A stretch of DNA of 64,000 nt, taken from IMG/VR virus record IMGVR_UViG_3300027365_000007, one strand, 5' to 3'. Positions 60,162 through 64,000 of this stretch are shown here, piece after piece; within the stretch, counting starts at the first letter, position 1; each line of letters begins with the position of its first letter. The notes beneath the pieces were generated by a model that was given only the letters and a program-made list of their open reading frames with translations, was not told where the DNA came from and ran no database searches. A program made the translations under genes and the position numbers. The DNA is from a virus. Taxonomy: Duplodnaviria; Caudoviricetes.

Positions 60162-61223
60162 ATGAGTGACGAAAATACAAACGAAGAATTAGATGAACTT
60201 TCGAACGAGATTGAATATCTCAAGCGTACCATTAATACCTTGGAAAATATGCATGACGATTCTCGTTCAAAGTGCGAGGAATTAGAAAAAGAGTTAGAAG
60301 AAGAAAAAACTAAGTACAATAGTCAAAAGTCTGAAATTATTGGAATGGTCCATACAGAATGTTTTAAAACATATAAACTATTCAGAGAGTATTATATTGA
60401 CGCCCGTATTTCAGAAATTAAAAACAGTGGGTTAGATCCACTGGAAGCGTATTACGATATTATGGATTCTGGATATATCTCAGAACTATTGGATATAGTT
60501 ACCCAAACGCGTTTGGGTATATTCAGTGAGTCATATGAACATGAACATTTAGAAATTAATACAGAGGTATTTTTTGAGGTAATAAGGGATACCATCGAGA
60601 TGTTGTTCGATGACCTAGATGAAACAAAAAGTACCGAGTTTTTAAATAGTTTGTTCATAGACCGAAACACATTCGACATTGAAGATCTATTGGCTACTAT
60701 CTTCCTATATGAAAGAAAAATTATAGATTATGATTACATTTTAGAACTACCAGATAAAACTCGCAAACTGTTATGTAATGTACTTATCCGAACATTCTAT
60801 ACTGATGATTCTAACATGTCAGATATTGTTCGAAACAAAGTAGCACAGTTTAATAACGTAGTACCATGTTTACGATCTATAAGAGAATTGTTTCTACTCT
60901 TATGGCCAGAAGTGGAATCTTATAGAAATGGCTATACCAATGAAGAATTAACTAAGATAAATAGAAGCATTTACTGTGCTATGACACATATTCGTGGTGA
61001 TGCACGTAGTCAGACTATGACGAGTTCGTTAGGCGTGTACTTATTGAAACGCAATGCAACAAGTGATGAACTTTGGGTTGCATTTGATCAATCATACAGT
61101 GATAAAATGCTTAGTATTTACAAACAACTTTCAAAAGATGGTGAGGATGAGTACATCAAACGTTTGCCTGATAGTATACGTAAAAAAATCAATCTTATGA
61201 AGATCAAAGGGGATTTTAAATAA
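60162..61223 (+). CDS. hypothetical protein with an N-terminal coiled coil
   Basis: 353-aa ORF. Confidence 0.65.
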   Translation: MSDENTNEELDELSNEIEYLKRTINTLENMHDDSRSKCEELEKELEEEKTKYNSQKSEIIGMVHTECFKTYKLFREYYIDARISEIKNSGLDPLEAYYDIMDSGYISELLDIVTQTRLGIFSESYEHEHLEINTEVFFEVIRDTIEMLFDDLDETKSTEFLNSLFIDRNTFDIEDLLATIFLYERKIIDYDYILELPDKTRKLLCNVLIRTFYTDDSNMSDIVRNKVAQFNNVVPCLRSIRELFLLLWPEVESYRNGYTNEELTKINRSIYCAMTHIRGDARSQTMTSSLGVYLLKRNATSDELWVAFDQSYSDKMLSIYKQLSKDGEDEYIKRLPDSIRKKINLMKIKGDFK

Positions 61224-61632
61224 ATCCCTTAAACTCAGTAGACCCTTCATTAACTTCAAAGTGTGCATTTAAATGTTCATCATACTCGTTTCTGCACTTA
61301 ACAAGAACCATCAAGCCATCTTCAAGTGTGTATCCGAGAATCATGTAGCTATCACATATATATGAATCGCCATCATCGATGTACGCACTAATACCTTCTC
61401 TTAGTACATCATTTAGTGATGATACATTACTTTTCACTTTGTTAATAAACTTAGTTGATTCTGAAAAATCAACTTCTACACCATCAACGGATTCGACAAC
61501 ATTGTTGCAGCCACATTCACAGTCACTGTCGCCTGTACATTTAGCTTCTTCTACCTTCTCATCTTCACCATCAGACTGCTCTTCAGCAGATTTCATCATT
61601 CTCATGTATTGCCCAATTGTCTTACTTGGCAT
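61216..61632 (-). CDS. acidic hypothetical protein, possible internal head protein
   Basis: SD TAGGAG; VEEA, VVES and FSES sites; CxxxxxCxCxC. Confidence 0.6.
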   Translation of the reverse strand: MPSKTIGQYMRMMKSAEEQSDGEDEKVEEAKCTGDSDCECGCNNVVESVDGVEVDFSESTKFINKVKSNVSSLNDVLREGISAYIDDGDSYICDSYMILGYTLEDGLMVLVKCRNEYDEHLNAHFEVNEGSTEFKGFI

Positions 61633-61647
61633 ATTTTTATTCTCCTA

Positions 61648-62142
61648 TTATTTTCCACATATATCTGCAAATGGGACTAAATTCTCATCAAAGAAGGTAT
61701 CGTAATCAAAGAAATACCAACCGTTATATTCAATAGCTTTTTGTGTATTTAGAGCTTCATTTCCTTCAATACAAACAAACTTACCCTTCCTATTTATTTT
61801 TATCACAATTATATTCACGTCCCCATCATCAGCGGCATCATATGTTTGTTCGATCCATGTGTCTAATTGACCACATTTTCCTTGGAATATCTGGTGAAAG
61901 AGAAGATCGTTGTAAAACTTACATTCCATGTTCATCTTGTAAAAACTATCAGGTGGGGTAACATCGCCTTTGTGGTGCCTCGCTTGATTTTCAGTAAGTG
62001 ATTCTTTTCTAAATCTATTACTACCGCCTGTAAATGCACCTGAACCAATGGTACGAACAAAATTCTCACCATATCTCATAGTTAAATCTTTAGCTACTTC
62101 CCTTTCGAAAGTTGATCCTTTCACTTTTTGCTTACTTGGCAT
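61648..62142 (-). CDS. Holliday junction resolvase (PD-(D/E)xK, Hjc-like)
   Basis: SKQKVKGSTFEREVA...GSGA...GDV...MECK; CATAAATA at 62167-62174 (-). Confidence 0.8.
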   Translation of the reverse strand: MPSKQKVKGSTFEREVAKDLTMRYGENFVRTIGSGAFTGGSNRFRKESLTENQARHHKGDVTPPDSFYKMNMECKFYNDLLFHQIFQGKCGQLDTWIEQTYDAADDGDVNIIVIKINRKGKFVCIEGNEALNTQKAIEYNGWYFFDYDTFFDENLVPFADICGK

Positions 62143-62274
62143 AATTTATTTTTCTCCTAAAATAAATATTTATGGTTGAAAAAAATCAGCCAAAACCAAT
62201 ATATAGATGTGAGAGTGCTTAACCAATAAGGCTCTTGATACTAAAAATATTCTAGCTTAACAACAAGGAGAATT

Positions 62275-62748
62275 ATGAATATGAATAATATACCAAGACG
62301 TATAACTAGCGATATGCTATTTGACAATACCTTTACTGACTTTTTCAATATTGCAAATAACATACCAGCATTTAGCATGAGCAGTAAGGTTCCTGCGTAT
62401 CCCCACTTCAACATAACTGAGATAGACAAGGAAGGACGTTATAAAATAGATGTAGCACTTGCTGGGTGTAAAAAGGAAGATATTAACGTTCAATTCGAAC
62501 CATATCATAAAAATCCCCATGCCGGATTGAAAGTTTTAAAAATAGAAGCACATTACGACCATTACGATGACGAGGGTGCACCTAAATTTTTACACAAAGG
62601 CATCGCTTATCGTGATGCAAAACTTTCTCTATTGACACACAAAGAGAATGTGGTAGAGAATTGTTCCTATGAGAATGGAATTCTATCAATAATCATTCTT
62701 AAGCCTACACGTGAGGATGAGGATGTAGAGAAGATTGATATTGGATAG
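62275..62748 (+). CDS. hsp20: small heat shock protein Hsp20
   Basis: YPHFNI...YKIDVALAG...FLHKGIAYR...YENGILSIII. Confidence 0.9.
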   Translation: MNMNNIPRRITSDMLFDNTFTDFFNIANNIPAFSMSSKVPAYPHFNITEIDKEGRYKIDVALAGCKKEDINVQFEPYHKNPHAGLKVLKIEAHYDHYDDEGAPKFLHKGIAYRDAKLSLLTHKENVVENCSYENGILSIIILKPTREDEDVEKIDIG

Positions 62749-62752
62749 TAAT

Positions 62753-62779
62753 AAAAAAGAGGGCTTAGCCCTCTTTTTT
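62753..62779. terminator. bidirectional terminator
   Basis: AAAAAAGAGGGC-tta-GCCCTCTTTTTT. Confidence 0.9.
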
Positions 62780-63335
62780 ATTGTTTCAAAAACCTATGGT
62801 CTCCGATTTCAACAACCACTTGATAGTCTTCTGACCATTGGGGATTTGCTGTTTTATAATTGTAATAATGCGTTGCGTTATCAACTAGCGGTTCGTAAAG
62901 ATCATGGTATGCGTAAAATGCAGCAATTACTGATTTCTTCCATGCTTCTTTTTCAAGTTTATTGATCGATCCATCTTCATGATAGATTGCAATGACATCT
63001 GGCTTACCATCACAGTACCAACTATACCAACAGCGATTCTTAATAGGGTTGCCGTTTTGGTCTCTGTATGATCTCTTAATGACCTGACATGGGCTAGTAT
63101 AATTTCTAAACTCACCATTCTCATCTTTGACACGTGCCATGACAGACTGAGCTACTGCGATTTTTCCATCAAACCCTTCACCACGTGTTTCATGATAGGT
63201 ATTTGTGGCAAGGCAGTAAAGCTCTTGGATGTACTCAGGTTCTGGTGAATAATTAACCATAGGTTCCACATCAGTCAAATAAGACTGTCCAAATGTCATA
63301 ATCACATTGAAGAAAATAGCTTCTGCAAAATTCAT
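62778..63335 (-). CDS. SleB-like cell wall hydrolase (Hydrolase_2)
   Basis: CLATNTYHETRGE...AVAQSVMARV...C.YSWYCDG...ATHYY...W...IGDHRF; TTGTTT-N17-TATAAT at 63390-63362. Confidence 0.85.
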   Translation of the reverse strand: MNFAEAIFFNVIMTFGQSYLTDVEPMVNYSPEPEYIQELYCLATNTYHETRGEGFDGKIAVAQSVMARVKDENGEFRNYTSPCQVIKRSYRDQNGNPIKNRCWYSWYCDGKPDVIAIYHEDGSINKLEKEAWKKSVIAAFYAYHDLYEPLVDNATHYYNYKTANPQWSEDYQVVVEIGDHRFLKQ

Positions 63336-63391
63336 ATCATCATCTCCTGATCAATGTGATCATTATAACATTATTAAAATCTAAAAACAAC

Positions 63392-63865
63392 CTACAGTGG
63401 TTTCGCCTCGATAGAAACAATTTCGTACTCAATGGGCTTAGGACCAACTGTTACTTCAAAACCATCATCTACTTCTAGTCCCATCATTTCTTGACCTACT
63501 GGACTAGTGTAGCTAATCATTCCTTTTGATGGATCGCTTTCTACACTTCCAACCAGTCGATACACTACCGTTTGTTCGGTATCCACATTTTTTAGGGTTA
63601 CGACGGAACCTACAGTGACTTTATCGGTTCTGATGGTTGTAACATCCACCACGTTCGCATTACTCAGCACATCCTTGAGTTCTGAATATTGTTTCTGAAG
63701 TGAATCATAACGCTGGTTATATTCATGCGTTTCAGTATTGTCTTCAGATGACAATGAATTATCACGAACCTCTTTCATTTCATCCATAACGTTTTTCATT
63801 TCGCGCTGTAGTTCATCCATACGCTTTTTAATAATATCTACACCATATTGTGTAATAGTTGCCAT
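63392..63865 (-). CDS. greA: GreA/GreB-family transcription factor with a divergent tip
   Basis: IT..G...LQ coiled coil; VTVGSVVTL...YRLVG..ESDP..G.ISYTSPVGQ.MMG; TATAAATA at 63891-63898 (-). Confidence 0.82.
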   Translation of the reverse strand: MATITQYGVDIIKKRMDELQREMKNVMDEMKEVRDNSLSSEDNTETHEYNQRYDSLQKQYSELKDVLSNANVVDVTTIRTDKVTVGSVVTLKNVDTEQTVVYRLVGSVESDPSKGMISYTSPVGQEMMGLEVDDGFEVTVGPKPIEYEIVSIEAKPL

Positions 63866-63899
63866 AATCTTTTCTCCAAATTAAAGAATGTATTTATAG

Positions 63900-64000
63900 T
63901 TAAATCAATTTAAAATAGTTCAATTCATTGCTATTAGACGATTCATGAAGCACTCTAATGAGGCCATCAACAACAAATGGTTTCATTTTACGCAGAGTGT
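63900..64000 (-). CDS. 3' end of a gene starting beyond the window
   Basis: Open frame ...TLRKMKPFVVDGLIRVLHESSNSNELNYFKLI-TAA. Confidence 0.45.
   Translation of the reverse strand, partial: TLRKMKPFVVDGLIRVLHESSNSNELNYFKLI

Noticed and set aside
62212-62221. GAGTGCTTA resembling the right arm of a CIRCE operator upstream of hsp20
   Set aside because: The left arm TTAGCACTC is absent 9 nt upstream.
40-63133. Many short ORFs in the track that overlap longer genes on the opposite strand or in another frame (e.g. 40-330, 4529-4897, 10845-11153, 16526-16834, 42969-43307)
   Set aside because: Shadow ORFs of real genes: no SD, no motifs, and composition mirroring the antisense strand.
1-64000. 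Stop-codon reassignment (alternative genetic code)
   Set aside because: Core genes are full length in the standard code, and TAA, TAG and TGA all end genes at sensible places.
1-64000. tRNA, rRNA, group I/II intron, integrase or transposase
   Set aside because: No cloverleaf, intron core or recombinase motif was recognised, and intergenic gaps other than 1005-1351 are too short. A tRNAscan/Infernal run would be the formal check.

Overview
AT-rich (roughly 35% GC by eye), gene-dense segment of a large lytic myovirus with a T4-superfamily morphogenesis module, most likely a jumbo phage. No tRNA, rRNA, CRISPR array or integrase was seen. Left to right: a SUV3-like SF2 helicase truncated by the window edge and absent from the ORF track; an AT-rich intergenic region with hairpins and repeats next to a second, initiator-like SF2 helicase; a gp26-like hub/chaperone gene with a candidate -1 frameshift; tape measure; portal with a 198-aa mini-intein; prohead core, protease, scaffold and major capsid genes; fibres and two giant baseplate ORFs that look like one gene split inside a LamG domain. 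An accessory region follows: lipase, T5orf172, rIIA, RMF-like fusion, 2OG oxygenase, HAD, RyR-domain protein, PAAR, degenerate nucleotidyltransferase, gp25, gp6, gp15, NUDIX, an inverted Ig-repeat fibre, Holliday junction resolvase, Hsp20, SleB-like hydrolase and a GreA-like factor with an altered tip. Structural genes sit behind T4-late-type (T/C/G)ATAAATA boxes; several others have sigma70-like promoters. All family assignments come from manual motif recognition, not database searches.
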